Below are positions 24,001 to 38,938 of a DNA stretch of 64,000 nt, one piece after another. Origin of the DNA: Eledone cirrhosa (Eukaryota); NCBI GenBank assembly GCA_964016885.1, contig OZ024741.1, positions 261,268,001 to 261,332,000 on the forward strand. Direction: 5' to 3'. Every line of letters begins with the position of its first letter. The stretch's first letter is position 1. The position numbers and the translations under genes were made by a program. A model generated the notes under the pieces. It saw nothing but the letters and a program-made list of their open reading frames with translations. It did no database searches and was not told the origin of the DNA.

Positions 24001-27000
24001 CGGCTTACGAGTGTTTCGACTTCCGAGTGTTTTGACTTACGGTGTTTCGGCTTACGAGTGATTCGACTTACGAGTGTTTTGACTTACGGGTGATTTGACT
24101 TACGGGTGTTGTGAATTACGAGTGTTCCGATTTACGAGTGTTTTGACTTACGGTGTATCGGCTTACGAGTGATTCGACTTACGAATGTTTTGACTTACGG
24201 GTGTTTCGGCTTGCGAGTGTTTCGACTTACGAATGTTTCGGCTTATGGGTGTTTCGACTTACTAATGTTTTTACTTACGAGTGTTTCGGCGTACGAGTGT
24301 TTTGACTTACGAGTGTTTCGACTTACGAGTGTTTCGACTTTCGCGTGTTTTGACTTACGGTGTTTCGGCTTACGAGTGATTCGACTTACGAGTGTTTTGA
24401 CTTACGGGTGTTTTGACTTACGGGTGTTGTGAATTACCAGTGTTCCGATTTACGAGTGTTTTGACTTACGGTGTTTCGGCTTGCGAGTGTTTCGACTTAC
24501 GAGTGTTTCGGCTTATGAGTGTTTCGACTTACTAATGTTTTTACTTACGAGTGTTTCGGCGTTCGAGTGTTTTGACTTACGAGTGTTTCGACTTACGAGT
24601 GTTTTGACTTACGAATATTTTGACTTACGGGTGTTTCGGCTTACGGGTGTTTCAACTTACGAGTGTTTCGACTCATGAGTGTTTCGACTTACGAGTGTTC
24701 TAACTTACGAGTGTTCTGACTTACGAGTGTTCCGACTTACGAGTGTTTCGGTTTACGAGTGTTTCGACATACGAGTGTTTTGACTTACGGGTGTTTCGAC
24801 TTACGGGTGTTTCGACTTACTAGTGTTTCGGCTTACGAGTGTTTCGACTTACTAATGTTTTTACTTACGAGTGTTTCGGTGTACGAATGTTTTGACTTAA
24901 GGATGTTTCGACTTACGAGTGTTTCGACTTACGAGTGTTTCGGCTTACGTGAGTTTCGACTTAAGAGTGTTCTGATTTACGAGTGTTCTGACCTGCGGGT
25001 GTTCTGATTTACGAGTGTTCCGACTTACGAGTGTTTCGGCTTACGAGTGTTTCGACTTATGGGTGTTTCGACATACGAGTGTTTTGACTTACGGGTGTTT
25101 CGTCTTACGAGTGTTCTGACTTACGAGTGTTCTGACTTACGAGCGTTCCGACTTACGAGTGTTCCGTCTTACGAGTGTTTCGGCTTACGAGTGTTTCGAC
25201 TTACGAGTGTTCTGACTTACGAGTATTCCGACTTACGAGCGTTCCGACTTACGAGTGTTTCGGCTTACAAGTGTTCCGACTTACGAGTGTTTCGACTTAC
25301 GAGTGTTTTGACTTACGGTGTTTCTGCTTACGAGTGTTTCGACTTACGAGTGTTAAGACTTACGGGTGTTTTGACATACGAGTGTTTCGATACGAGTGTT
25401 TCGACTTACGAGTGTTACGAGTGTTCTGACTTACGAGTGTTTCGACTTACGAGTGTTCTGACCTACAAGTGTTCTGACTTACGAGTGTTTCGACTTACGA
25501 TTGTTTTTTTCACTTACGGGTGTTTCGACTTACACGTGTTTCGATTTACGAGTGTTTAGACTTACGAGTGTTTCGACTACGAATGTTCCGACTTACGAGT
25601 GTTTCGACTTACGAGTGTTTCGACTTACGGGTGTTCCGACTTACGAGTGTTTCGGCTTACGATTGTTTCGAGTTACGAGTGTTTCGGTTTACGAGTGTTT
25701 CGACTTACGGGTGTTTTGACTTACGGTGTTTCGGCTTACGAGTGTTTTGACTTACGAGTGTTTTGACTTACGGGTGTTTTGACATACGAGTGTTTCGATA
25801 CGAGTGTTCTGACTTACGAGTGTTCTGACTTACGAGTGTTCTGACTTACGAGTGTTCTGACTTACGAGTGGTCTGACTTACGGGTGTTCTGACTTACGAG
25901 TGTTCCGACTTACGAGTGTTTCAGCTTATGAGTGTTTCGACTTACGAGTGCTTCGGTTTACGAGTGTTTCGACTTACGAGTGTTTCGGCTTACGAGTGTT
26001 TCGACTTACGAGTGTTTCGGCTTATGAGTGTTTCGACTTACGAGTGTTTTGACTTATGATGTTTCGGTTTACGAGTGTTTCGACATACGAGTGTTTTGAC
26101 TTATGGGTGTTTCGACTTACGGGTGTTTCGACGTAAGAGTGTTTCGACTTACGAGCGCTTCGACATACGAGTGTTTCGACTTACGAGTGTTTCGGCGTAC
26201 GAGTGTTTTGACTTACGAGTGTTTCGACTTACGAGTGCTTTGACTTACGAATGTTTTGAATTACTTCGACTTACGAGTGATCTGACTTACGAGTGTTCCT
26301 ACTTACGAGTGTTTCGACTTACGAGTGTTTCGACTTGCGAGTGTTTCGACTTACGAGTGTTCTGACTTACGAGTGTTCTGACTTACGAGTGTTCCGACTT
26401 ACGAGTGTTTCGACTTACGAGTGTTTTGACTTACGAATGTTCTGACTTACGGGTGTTTCGCCTTACGAGTGTTTCGACTTACGAGTGTTTTAACTTACGG
26501 GTGTTTCGACTTACGCGTGTTTCGACTTACGAATGTTCCGACTTACGAGTGTTTCTACTTACGAGTGTTTCGACTTACGAGTATTTCGGCTTACGAGTGT
26601 TTCGACGTACGAATGTTTTGTTTACGATTGTTTCGGCTTATGAGTGTTTCGACTTACGAGTGTTTCGACTTACGAGTGTTTCGGCTTACGAGTGTTTCGA
26701 CTTACGAGTGTTTCGGCTTACGAGTGTTTCAGTGTTTCGGCTTACGTGTGTTTCGACGTACGAGTGTTTCGACTTACGACTGTTTCGGCTTACGAGTGTT
26801 TCGGCTTACGAGTGTTTCGGCTTACGAGTGTTCTGACTTACGGGTGTTCTGACTTACGAGTGTTCCGACTTACGAGTGTTTCGGCTTATGAGGGTTTCGA
26901 CTTAAGAGTGCTTCGGCTTACGAGTGTTTCGACTTACGAGTGTTTCGGCTTACGAGTGTTTCGACTTACGAGTGTTTCGACTTACGAGTGTTTTGACTCA

Positions 27001-30000
27001 CGGTGTTTCGGCTTACGAGTGTTTCGACATACGAGTGTTTTGACGTACGGGTGTTTCGACTTACGGGACTTTCGACTTAAGAGTGTTTCGACTTACGAGC
27101 GCTTCGACTTACGAGTATTTCGACTTACGAGTGTTTCGGAGTATGAGTGTTTCGACTTACGAGTGTTTCGACTTACGAGTGTTTCGACTTACGAGTGTTT
27201 CGACTTACGAGTGTTTCGACTTACGAGTGTTTCGACTTACGGGTGTTTTGACATACGAGTGTTTCGATACGAGTGTTCTGACTTACGAGTGTTCTGACTT
27301 ACGAGTGTTTCGACATACGAGTGTTTTGACTTACGGGTGTTTCGACTTACGAGTGTTTCCGGCTTACGAGTGTTTCGACTTACGAGTGTTTTGACTTACG
27401 GTGTTTCGGCTTACGAGTGATTCGACTTACGAGTGTTTTGACTTACGAATGTTTTGACTTACGAATGTTTTGACTTACGGGTGTTTCGGCTTACGAGTGT
27501 TTCGACTTACGAGTCTTTCGGCTTACGAGTGTTTTGACTTACGAATGTTTTGACTTACGGGTGTTTCGGCTTACGAGTGTTTCGACTTACGAGTCTTTCG
27601 GCTTACGAGTGTTTCGGCGTACGAGTGTTTCGACTTACGAGTGTTTCGACTTACGGGTGTTTTGACTTACGGGTGTTTCGGCTTACGAGTGTTTTGACTT
27701 ACGAGTGTTTTGACTTAAGGGTGTTTCGAATAACGAGTATTTTTGGCTTACGAGTGTTTCGACTTACGAGTGTTTTGAATTACGAGTGTTCTGATTTACG
27801 GATGTTTCGACATACGAGTGTTTCGACTTACGAGTGTTTTGACTTACGGTGTTTCGGCTTACAAGTGTTTCGACTTACGAGTGTTTTGACTTACGGGTGT
27901 TTTGACATACGAGTGTTTCGATACGAGTGTTCTGACTTACGAGTGTTCTGACTTACGAGTGTTTTGACTTACGAGTGTTCTGACTTACGAGTGTTCCGAC
28001 TTACAATGTTCCGACTTACGAGTGTTTCCGGCTTACGAGTGATTCGACTTACGAGTGTTTTGACTTACGGGTGATTTGACTTACGGGTGTTGTGAATTAC
28101 GAGTGTTCCGATTTACGAGTGTTTTGACTTACGGTGTTTCGGCTTACGAGTGATTCGACTTACGAATGTTTTGACTTACGGGTGTTTCGGCTTGCGAGTG
28201 TTTCGACTTACGAGTGTTTCGGCTTATGGGTGTTTCGACTTACTAATGTTTTTACTTACGAGTGTTTCGGCGTACGAGTGTTTTGACTTACGAGTGTTTC
28301 GACTTACGAGTGTTTCGACTTACGAGTGTTTCGGCTTACGTGAGTTTCGACTTAAGAGTGTTCTGATTTACGAGTCTTCTGACTTGCGGGTGTTCTGATT
28401 TACGAGTGTTCCGACTTACGAGTGTTTCGGCTTATGAGTGTTTCGACTTACGAGTGTTTCGGCTTACGAGTGTTTCGACTTATGGGTGTTTCGACATACG
28501 AGTGTTTTGACTTACGAATGTTTTGACTTACGGGTGTTTCGGCTTACGAGTGTTTCGACTTACGAGTGTTTCGGCTTACGAGTGTTTCGACTTACTAATG
28601 TTCTTACTTACGAGTGTTTCGGCGTACGAGAGTTTTGACTTACGAGTGTTTTGACTTACGAGTGTTTTTACTTAAGGGTGTTTCGACTTACGAGTATTTT
28701 TGGCTTACGAGTGTTTCGACTTACGAGTGTTTTGAATTACGAGTGTTCTGATTTACGGATGTTTCGACATACGAGTGTTTCGACTTACGAGTGTTTCGAC
28801 TTATGAGTGTTTCGACTTACGAGTGTTTCGACTTACGAGTGTTTCGGCTTATGAGTGTTTCGACTTACGAGTGTTTTGACTTACGGTGTTTCGGCTTACG
28901 AGTGTTTCGACTTACGAGTGTTTTGACTTACGGGTGTTTTGACATACGAGTGTTTCGATACGAGTGTTCTGACTTACGAGTGTTCTGACTTACGAGTGTT
29001 CTGACTTACGAGTGTTTTGACTTACGAGTGTTCTGACTTACGAGTGTTCCGACTTACGAGTGTTCCGACTTACGAGTGTTTCGGCTTACGAGTGTTTCCG
29101 GATTACGAGTGTTTCGACTTACGAGTGTTTTGACTTACGGTGTTTCGGCTTACGAGTGATTCGACTTACGAGTGTTTTGACTTACGGGTGTTTTGACTTA
29201 CGGGTGTTGTGAATTACGAGTGTTCCGATTTACGAGTGTTTCGGCTTATGAGTGTTTCGACTTACGAGTGTTTCGGCTTACGAGTGTTTCGACCTATGGG
29301 TGTTTCGACTTACTAGTGTTTTTACTTACGGTGTTTCGGCTTACGAGTGTTTCGACATACGAGTGTTCAGACTTACGAGTGTTCCGACTTACGAGCGTTC
29401 CGACTTACGAGTGTTTCGACTTACGAGTGTTAAGACTTACGGGTGTTTTGACATACGAGTGTTTCGATACGAGTGTTTCGACTTACGAGTGTTACGAGTG
29501 TTCTGACTTACGAGTGTTTCGACTTACGAGTGTTCTGACCTACAAGTGTTCTGACTTACGAGTGTTTCGACTTACGATTGTTTTTTTCACTTACGGGTGT
29601 TTCGACTTACGCGTGTTTCGATTTACGAGTGTTTAGACTTACGAGTGTTTCGACTACGAATGTTTCGACTTACGAGTGTTTCGACTTACGAGTGTTTCGA
29701 CTTACGGGTGTTCCGACTTACGAGTGTTTCGGCTTACGATTGTTTCGAGTTACGAGTGTTTCGGTTTACGAGTGTTTCGACTTACGGGTGTTTTGACTTA
29801 CGGTGTTTCGGCTTACGAGTGTTTTGACTTACGAGTGGTCTGACTTACGGGTGTTCTGACTTACCAGTGTTCCGACTTACGAGTGTTTCAGCTTATGAGT
29901 GTTTCGACTTACGAGTGTTTCGGCTTACGAGTGTTTCAGTGTTTCGGCTTACGTGTGTTTCGACTTACGAGTGTTTCGACTTACGACTGTTTCGGCTTAC

Positions 30001-31074
30001 GAGTGTTTCGGCTTACGAGTGTTTCGGCTTACGAGTGTTTTGACTTACCATTGTTTGGCTTACGAGTGTTCTGACTTACGGGTGTTCTGACTTACGAGTG
30101 TTCCGACTTACGAGTGTTTCGGCTTATGAGGGTTTCGACTTACGAGTGCTTCGGCTTACGAGTGTTTCGACTTGCGAGTGTTTCGGCTTACGAGTGTTTC
30201 GACTTACGAGTGTTTCGACTTACGAGTGTTTTGACTCACGGTGTTTCGGCTTACGAGTGTTTCGACATACGAGTGTTTTGACGTACGGGTGTTTCGACTT
30301 ACGGGACTTTCGACTTAAGAGTGTTTCGACTTACGAGCGCTTCGACTTACGAGTATTTCGACTTACGAGTGTTTCGGCGTACGAGTGTTTCGACTTACGA
30401 GTGTTTGGACTTACGAGTGTTTCGACTTACGAGTGTTTCGACTTACGAGTGTTTCGACTTACGGGTGTTTTGACATACGAGTGTTTCGATACGAGTGTTC
30501 TTACGAGTGTTCTGACTTACGAGTGTTCTGACTTACGAGTGTTTCGACATACGAGTGTTTTGACTTACGGGTGTTTCGACTTACGAGTGTTTCCGGCTTA
30601 CGAGTGTTTCGACTTACGAGTGTTTTGACTTACGGTGTTTCGGCTTACGAGTGATTCGACTTACGAGTGTTTTGACTTACGAATGTTTTGACTTACGAAT
30701 GTTTTGACTTACGGGTGTTTCGGCTTACGAGTGTTTCGACTTACGAGTCTTTCGGCTTACGAGTGTTTTGACTTACGAATGTTTTGACTTACGGGTGTTT
30801 CGGCTTACGAGTGTTTCGACTTACGAGTCTTTCGGCTTACGAGTGTTTCGGCGTACGAGTGTTTCGACTTACGAGTGTTTCGACTTACGGGTGTTTTGAC
30901 TTACGGGTGTTTCGACTTACGAGTGTTTTGAATTACGAGTGTTCTGATTTACGGATGTTTCGACATACGAGTGTTTCGACTTACGAGTGTTGTGACTTAC
31001 GGTGTTTCGGCTTACAAGTGTTTCGACTTACGAGTGTTTTGACTTACGGGTGTTTTGACATACGAGTGTTTCGA
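20977..31074 (+). repeat. Transition zone of rearranged satellite blocks with local duplications
   Basis: Block offsets read from matching ORFs: 1850 (22631/24481; 22909/24759), 4077 (25501/29578), 3234 (27550/30784). No single long period. Confidence 0.75.
22220..22288. repeat. 69-bp AT-rich segment, allele C (solitary), copy 10
   Basis: Reads AACAAATAGACG and AAATCTCTATGATTTTC, 3 substitutions versus allele A. Downstream monomers differ from the other copies. Confidence 0.93.
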
Positions 31075-34000
31075 TACGAGTGTTCTGACTTACGAGTGTT
31101 CTGACTTACGAGTGTTTTGACTTACGAGTGTTCTGACTTACGAGTGATCCGACTTACAGTGTTCCGACTTACGAGTGTTTCGGCTTACGAGTGTTTCCGG
31201 CTTACGAGTGATTCGACTTACGAGTGTTTTGACTTACGGGTGATTTGACTTACGGGTGTTGTGAATTACGAGTGTTCCGATTTACGAGTGTTTTGACTTA
31301 CGGTGTTTCGGCTTACGAGTGATTCGACTTACGAATGTTTTGACTTACGGGTGTTTCGGCTTGCGAGTGTTTCGACTTACGAGTGTTTCGGCTTATGGGT
31401 GTTTCGACTTACTAATGTTTTTACTTACGAGTGTTTCGGCGTACGAGTGTTTTGACTTACGAGTGTTTCGACTTACGAATGTTTCGACTTACGAGTGTTT
31501 CGGCTTACGTGAGTTTCGACTTAAGAGTGTTCTGATTTACGAGTCTTCTGACTTGCGGGTGTTCTGATTTACGAGTGTTCCGACTTACGAGTGTTTCGGC
31601 TTATGAGTGTTTCGACTTACGAGTGTTTCGGCTTACGAGTGTTTCGACTTATGGCTGTTTCGACATACGAGTGTTTTGACTTACGGGTGTTTCGACTTAC
31701 GAGTGTTTTTACTTACGAATGTTTTGATTACGGGTGTTTCGGCTTACGAGTGTTTCGATTTACGAGTGTTTCGGCTTACGAGTGTTTCGACTTACTAATG
31801 TTCTTACTTACGAGTGTTTCGGCGTACGAGAGTTTTGACTTACGAGTGTTTCGACTTACGAGTGTTTCGACTTACGAGTGTTTTGACTTACGAATGTTTT
31901 GACTTACGGGTGTTTCGGCTTACGAGTGTTTCGACTTACGAGTCTTTCGGCTTACGAGTGTTTCGGCGTACGAGTGTTTCGACTTACGAGTGTTTCGACT
32001 TACGGGTGTTTTGACTTACGGGTGTTTCGGCTTACGAGTGTTTTGACTTACGAGTGTTTTGACTTAAGGGTGTTTCGACTTACGAGTATTTTTGGCTTAC
32101 GAGTGTTTCGACTTACGAGTGTTTTGAATTACGAGTGTTCTGATTTACGGATGTTTCGACATACGAGTGTTTCGACTTACGAGTGTTTCGACTTATGAGT
32201 GTTTCGACTTACGAGTGTTTCGACTTACGAGTGTTTCGGCTTATGAGTGTTTCGACTTACGAGTGTTTTGACTTACGGTGTTTCGGCTTACGAGTGTTTC
32301 GACTTACGAGTGTTTTGACTTACTGGTGTTTTGACATACGAGTGTTTCGATACGAGTGTTCTGACTTACGAGTGTTCTGACTTACGAGTGTTCTGACTTA
32401 CGAGTGTTTTGACTTACGAGTGTTCTGACTTACGAGTGTTCCGACTTACGAGTGTTCCGACTTACGAGTGTTTCGGCTTACGAGTGTTTCCGGCTTACGA
32501 GTGTTTCGACTTACGAGTGTTTTGACTTACGGTGTTTCGGCTTACGAGTGATTCGACTTACGAGTGTTTTGACTTACGGGTGTTTTGACTTACGGGTGTT
32601 TTGACTTACGGTGTTTCGGCTTACGAGTGTTTTGACTTACGAGTGGTCTGACTTACGGGTGTTCTGACTTACCAGTGTTCCGACTTACGAGTGTTTCAGC
32701 TTATGAGTGTTTCGACTTACGAGTGCTTCGCTTTACGAGTGTTTCGACTTACGAGTGTTTCGGCTTATGAGTGTTTCGACTTACGAGTGTTTTGACTTAT
32801 GGTGTTTCGGCTTACGAGTGTTTCGACATACGAGTGTTTTGACTTACGAGTGTTTCGACTTATGAGTGTTTCGACTTACGAGTGTTTCGACTTACGAGTG
32901 TTTCGGCTTATGAGTGTTTCGACTTACGAGTGTTTTGACTTACGGTGTTTCGGCTTACGAGTGTTTCGACTTACGAGTGTTTTGACTTACGGGTGTTTTG
33001 ACATACGAGTGTTTCGATACGAGTGTTCTGACTTACGAGTGTTCTGACTTACGAGTGTTCTGACTTACGAGTGTTTTGACTTACGAGTGTTCTGACTTAC
33101 GAGTGTTCCGACTTACGAGTGTTCCGACTTACGAGTGTTTCGGCTTACGAGTGTTTCCGGCTTACGAGTGTTTCGACTTACGAGTGTTTTGACTTAAGGT
33201 GTTTCGGCTTACGAGTGATTCGACTTACGAGTGTTTTGACTTACGGGTGTTTTGACTTACGGGTGTTGTGAATTACGAGTGTTCCGATTTACGAGTGTTT
33301 CGGCTTATGAGTGTTTCGACTTACGAGTGTTTCGGCTTACGAGTGTTTCGACTTATGGGTGTTTCGACTTACGAGTGTTTTTACTTACGTTGTTTCGGCT
33401 TACGAGTGTTTCGACATACGAGTGTTCAGACTTACGAGTGTTCCGACTTACGAGCGTTCCGACTTACGAGTGTTTCGACTTACGAGTGTTAAGACTTACG
33501 GGTGTTTTGATATACGAGTGTTTCGATACGAGTGTTTCGACTTACGAGTGTTACGAGTGTTCTGACTTACGAGTGTTCTGACTTACGAGTGTTCTGACTT
33601 ACGAGTGTTCTGACTTACGAGCGTTCTGACTTACGAGTGTTCGGACTTACGAGTGTTTCGGCTTACGAGTGTTTCGACTTACGAGTGTTCTGACTTACGA
33701 GTGTTCCGACTTACGAGCGTTCCGACTTACGAGTGTTTCGGCTTACAAGTGTTCCGACTTACGAGTGTTTCGACTTACGAGTGTTTTGACTTACGGTGTT
33801 TCTGCTTACGAGTGTTTCGACTTACGAGTGTTAAGACTTACGGGTGTTTTGACATACGAGTGTTTCGATACGAGTGTTTCGACTTACGAGTGTTACGAGT
33901 GTTCTGACTTACGAGTGTTTCGACTTACGAGTGTTCTGACCTACAAGTGTTCTGACTTACGAGTGTTTCGACTTACGATTGTTTTTTTCGCTTACGGGTG

Positions 34001-34964
34001 TTTCGACTTACGCGTGTTTCGATTTACGAGTGTTTAGACTTACGAGTGTTTCGACTACGAATGTTCCGACTTACGAGTGTTTCGACTTACGAGTGTTTCG
34101 ACTTACGGGTGTTCCGACTTACGAGTGTTTCGGCTTACGATTGTTTCGAGTTACGAGTGTTTCGGTTTACGAGTGTTTCGACTTACGGGTGTTTTGACTT
34201 ACGGTGTTTCGGCTTACGAGTGTTTTGACTTACGAGTGGTCTGACTTACGGGTGTTCTGACTTACCAGTGTTCCGACTTACGAGTGTTTCAGCTTATGAG
34301 TGTTTCGACTTACGAGTGCTTCGGTTTACGAGTGTTTCGACTTACGAGTGTTTCGGCTTATGAGTGTTTCGACTTACGAGTGTTTTGACTTATGGTGTTT
34401 CGGCTTACGAGTGTTTCGACATACGAGTGTTTTGACTTACGGGTGTTTCGACTTACGGGTGTTTCGACGTAAGAGTGTTTCGACTTACGAGCGCTTCGAC
34501 ATACGAGTGTTTCGACTTACGAGTGTTTCGGCGTACGAGTGTTTTGACTTACGAGTGTTTCGACTTACGAGTGCTTTGACTTACGAATGTTTTGAATTAC
34601 TTCGACTTACGAGTGATCTGACTTACGAGTGTTCCTACTTACGAGTGTTTCGACTTACGAGTGTTTCGACTTGCGAGTGTTCCGACTTACGAGTGTTTCG
34701 ACTTACGAGTGTTCTGACTTACGAGTGTTCTGACTTACGAGTGTTCTGACTTACGAGTGTTCCGACTTACGAGTGTTACGACTTACGAGTGTTTTGACTT
34801 ACGAATGTTCTGACTTACGGGTGTTTCGCCTTACGAGTGTTTCGACTTACGAGTGTTTTAACTTACGGGTGTTTCGACTTAGGCGTGTTTCGACTTACGA
34901 ATGTTCCGACTTACGAGTGTTTCTACTTACGAGTGTTTCGGCTTACGAGTGTTTCGACTTACGA

Positions 34965-35033
34965 AAATAACAAATAGACGCGGTTTCAAATCTCTATGCT
35001 TTTCAAATTCATTACATTAATCTTTATTTATAC
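34965..35033. repeat. 69-bp AT-rich segment, allele B, copy 11
   Basis: Reads AACAAATAGACG and AAATCTCTATGCTTTTC, followed by GTTTCGCTTCACG. Confidence 0.95.
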
Positions 35034-38000
35034 GTTTCGCTTCACGAGTGTTTCGGCGTACGAGTGTTTCGACTTACGAGTGTTTTAACTTACGGTTGTT
35101 TCGACTTACGCGTTTTTCGACTACGAGTGTTCTGACTTACGAGTGTTCTGACTTACGAGTGTTTTGACTTACGAGTGTTCTGACTTACGAGTGATCCGAC
35201 TTACAGTGTTCCGACTTACGAGTGTTTCGGCTTACGAGTGTTTCCGGCTTACGAGTGATTCGACTTACGAGTGTTTAGACTTACGGGTGATTTGACTTAC
35301 GGGTGTTGTGAATTACGAGTGTTCCGATTTACGAGTGTTTTGACTTACGGTGTTTCGGCTTACGAGTGATTCGACTTACGAATGTTTTGACTTACGGGTG
35401 TTTCGGCTTGCGAGTGTTTCGACTTACGAGTGTTTCGGCTTATGGGTGTTTCGACTTACTAATGTTTTTACTTACGAGTGTTTCGGCGTACGAGTGTTTT
35501 GACTTACGAGTGTTTCGACTTACGAATGTTTCGACTTACGAGTGTTTCGGCTTACGTGAGTTTCGACTTAAGAGTGTTCTGATTTACGAGTCTTCTGACT
35601 TGCGGGTGTTCTGATTTACGAGTGTTCCGACTTACGAGTGTTTCGGCTTATGAGTGTTTCGACTTACGAGTGTTTCGGCTTACGAGTGTTTCGACTTATG
35701 GCTGTTTCGACATACGAGTGTTTTGACTTACGGGTGTTTCGACTTACGAGTGTTTTTACTTACGAATGTTTTGACTTACGGGTGTTTCGGCTTACGAGTG
35801 TTTCGATTTACGAGTGTTTCGGCTTACGAGTGTTTCGACTTACTAATGTTCTTACTTACGAGTGTTTCGGCGTACGAGAGTTTTGACTTACGAGTGTTTC
35901 GACTTACGAGTGTTTCGACTTACGAGTGTTTTGACTTACGAATGTTTTGACTTACGGGTGTTTCGGCTTACGAGTGTTTCGACTTACGAGTCTTTCGGCT
36001 TACGAGTGTTTCGGCGTACGAGTGTTTCGACTTACGAGTGTTTCGACTTACGGGTGTTTTGACTTACGGGTGTTTCGGCTTACGAGTGTTTTGACTTACG
36101 AGTGTTTTGACTTAAGGGTGTTTCGACTTACGAGTATTTTTGGCTTACGAGTGTTTCGACTTACGAGTGTTTTGAATTACGAGTGTTCTGATTTACGGAT
36201 GTTTCGACATACGAGTGTTTCGACTTACGAGTGTTTCGACTTATGAGTGTTTCGACTTACGAGTGTTTCGACTTACGAGTGTTTCGGCTTATGAGTGTTT
36301 CGACTTACGAGTGTTTTGACTTACGGTGTTTCGGCTTACGAGTGTTTCGACTTACGAGTGTTTTGACTTACGGGTGTTTTGACATACGAGTGTTTCGATA
36401 CGAGTGTTCTGACTTACGAGTGTTCTGACTTACGAGTGTTCTGACTTACGAGTGTTTTGACTTACGAGTGTTCTGACTTACGAGTGTTCCGACTTACGAG
36501 TGTTCCGACTTACGAGTGTTTCGGCTTACGAGTGTTTCCGGCTTACGAGTGTTTCGACTTACGAGTGTTTTGACTTACGGTGTTTCGGCTTACGAGTGAT
36601 TCGACTTACGAGTGTTTTGACTTACGGGTGTTTTGACTTACGGGTGTTTTGACTTACGGTGTTTCGGCTTACGAGTGTTTTGACTTACGAGTGGTCTGAC
36701 TTACGGGTGTTCTGACTTACCAGTGTTCCGACTTACGAGTGTTTCAGCTTATGAGTGTTTCGACTTACGAGTGCTTCGGTTTACGAGTGTTTCGACTTAC
36801 GAGTGTTTCGGCTTATGAGTGTTTCGACTTACGAGTGTTTTGACTTACGGTGTTTCGGCTTACGAGTGTTTCGACATACGAGTGTTTTGACTTACGAGTG
36901 TTTTGACATACGAGTGTTTCGATACGAGTGTTCTGACTTACGAGTGTTCTGACTTACGAGTGTTCTGACTTACGAGTGTTTTGACTTACGAGTGTTCTGA
37001 CTTACGAGTGTTCCGACTTACGAGTGTTCCGACTTACGAGTGTTTCGGCTTACGAGTGTTTCCGGCTTACGAGTGTTTCGACTTACGAGTGTTTTGACTT
37101 AAGGTGTTTCGGCTTACGAGTGATTCGACTTACGAGTGTTTTGACTTACGGGTGTTTTGACTTACGGGTGTTGTGAATTACGAGTGTTCCGATTTACGAG
37201 TGTTTCGGCTTATGAGTGTTTCGACTTACGAGTGTTTCGGCTTACGAGTGTTTCGACTTATGGGTGTTTCGACTTACGAGTGTTTTTACTTACGTTGTTT
37301 CGGCTTACGAGTGTTTCGACATACGAGTGTTCAGACTTACGAGTGTTCCGACTTACGAGCGTTCCGACTTACGAGTGTTTCGACTTACGAGTGTTAAGAC
37401 TTACGGGTGTTTTGATATACGAGTGTTTCGATACGAGTGTTTCGACTTACGAGTGTTACGAGTGTTCTGACTTACGAGTGTTCTGACTTACGAGTGTTCT
37501 GACTTACGAGTGTTCTGACTTACGAGCGTTCTGACTTACGAGTGTTCGGACTTACGAGTGTTTCGGCTTACGAGTGTTTCGACTTACGAGTGTTCTGACT
37601 TACGAGTGTTCCGACTTACGAGCGTTCCGACTTACGAGTGTTTCGGCTTACAAGTGTTCCGACTTACGAGTGTTTCGACTTACGAGTGTTTTGACTTACG
37701 GTGTTTCTGCTTACGAGTGTTTCGACTTACGAGTGTTAAGACTTACGGGTGTTTTGACATACGAGTGTTTCGATACGAGTGTTTCGACTTACGAGTGTTA
37801 CGAGTGTTCTGACTTACGAGTGTTTCGACTTACGAGTGTTCTGACCTACAAGTGTTCTGACTTACGAGTGTTTCGACTTACGATTGTTTTTTTCGCTTAC
37901 GGGTGTTTCGACTTACGCGTGTTTCGATTTACGAGTGTTTAGACTTACGAGTGTTTCGACTACGAATGTTCCGACTTACGAGTGTTTCGACTTACGAGTG

Positions 38001-38869
38001 TTTCGACTTACGGGTGTTCCGACTTACGAGTGTTTCGGCTTACGATTGTTTCGAGTTACGAGTGTTTCGGTTTACGAGTGTTTCGACTTACGGGTGTTTT
38101 GACTTACGGTGTTTCGGCTTACGAGTGTTTTGACTTACGAGTGGTCTGACTTACGGGTGTTCTGACTTACCAGTGTTACGACTTACGAGTGTTTCAGCTT
38201 ATGAGTGTTTCGACTTACGAGTGCTTCGGTTTACGAGTGTTTCGACTTACGAGTGTTTCGGCTTATGAGTGTTTCGACTTACGAGTGTTTTGACTTATGG
38301 TGTTTCGGCTTACGAGTGTTTCGACATACGAGTGTTTTGACTTACGGGTGTTTCGACTTACGGGTGTTTCGACGTAAGAGTGTTTCGACTTACGAGCGCT
38401 TCGACATACGAGTGTTTCGACTTACGAGTGTTTCGGCGTACGAGTGTTTTGACTTACGAGTGTTTCGACTTACGAGTGCTTTGACTTACGAATGTTTTGA
38501 ATTACTTCGACTTACGAGTGATCTGACTTACGAGTGTTCCTACTTACGAGTGTTTCGACTTACGAGTGTTTCGACTTGCGAGTGTTCCGACTTACGAGTG
38601 TTTCGACTTACGAGTGTTCTGACTTACGAGTGTTCTGACTTACGAGTGTTCTGACTTACGAGTGTTCCGACTTACGAGTGTTACGACTTACGAGTGTTTT
38701 GACTTACGAATGTTCTGACTTACGGGTGTTTCGCCTTACGAGTGTTTCGACTTACGAGTGTTTTAACTTACGGGTGTTTCGACTTAGGCGTGTTTCGACT
38801 TACGAATGTTCCGACTTACGAGTGTTTCTACTTACGAGTGTTTCGGCTTACGAGTGTTTCGACTTACGA

Positions 38870-38938
38870 AAATAACAAATAGACGCGGTTTCAAATCTCT
38901 ATGCTTTTCAAATTCATTACATTAATCTTTATTTATAC
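38870..38938. repeat. 69-bp AT-rich segment, allele B, copy 12
   Basis: Same as copy 11, offset +3905. Confidence 0.95.
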
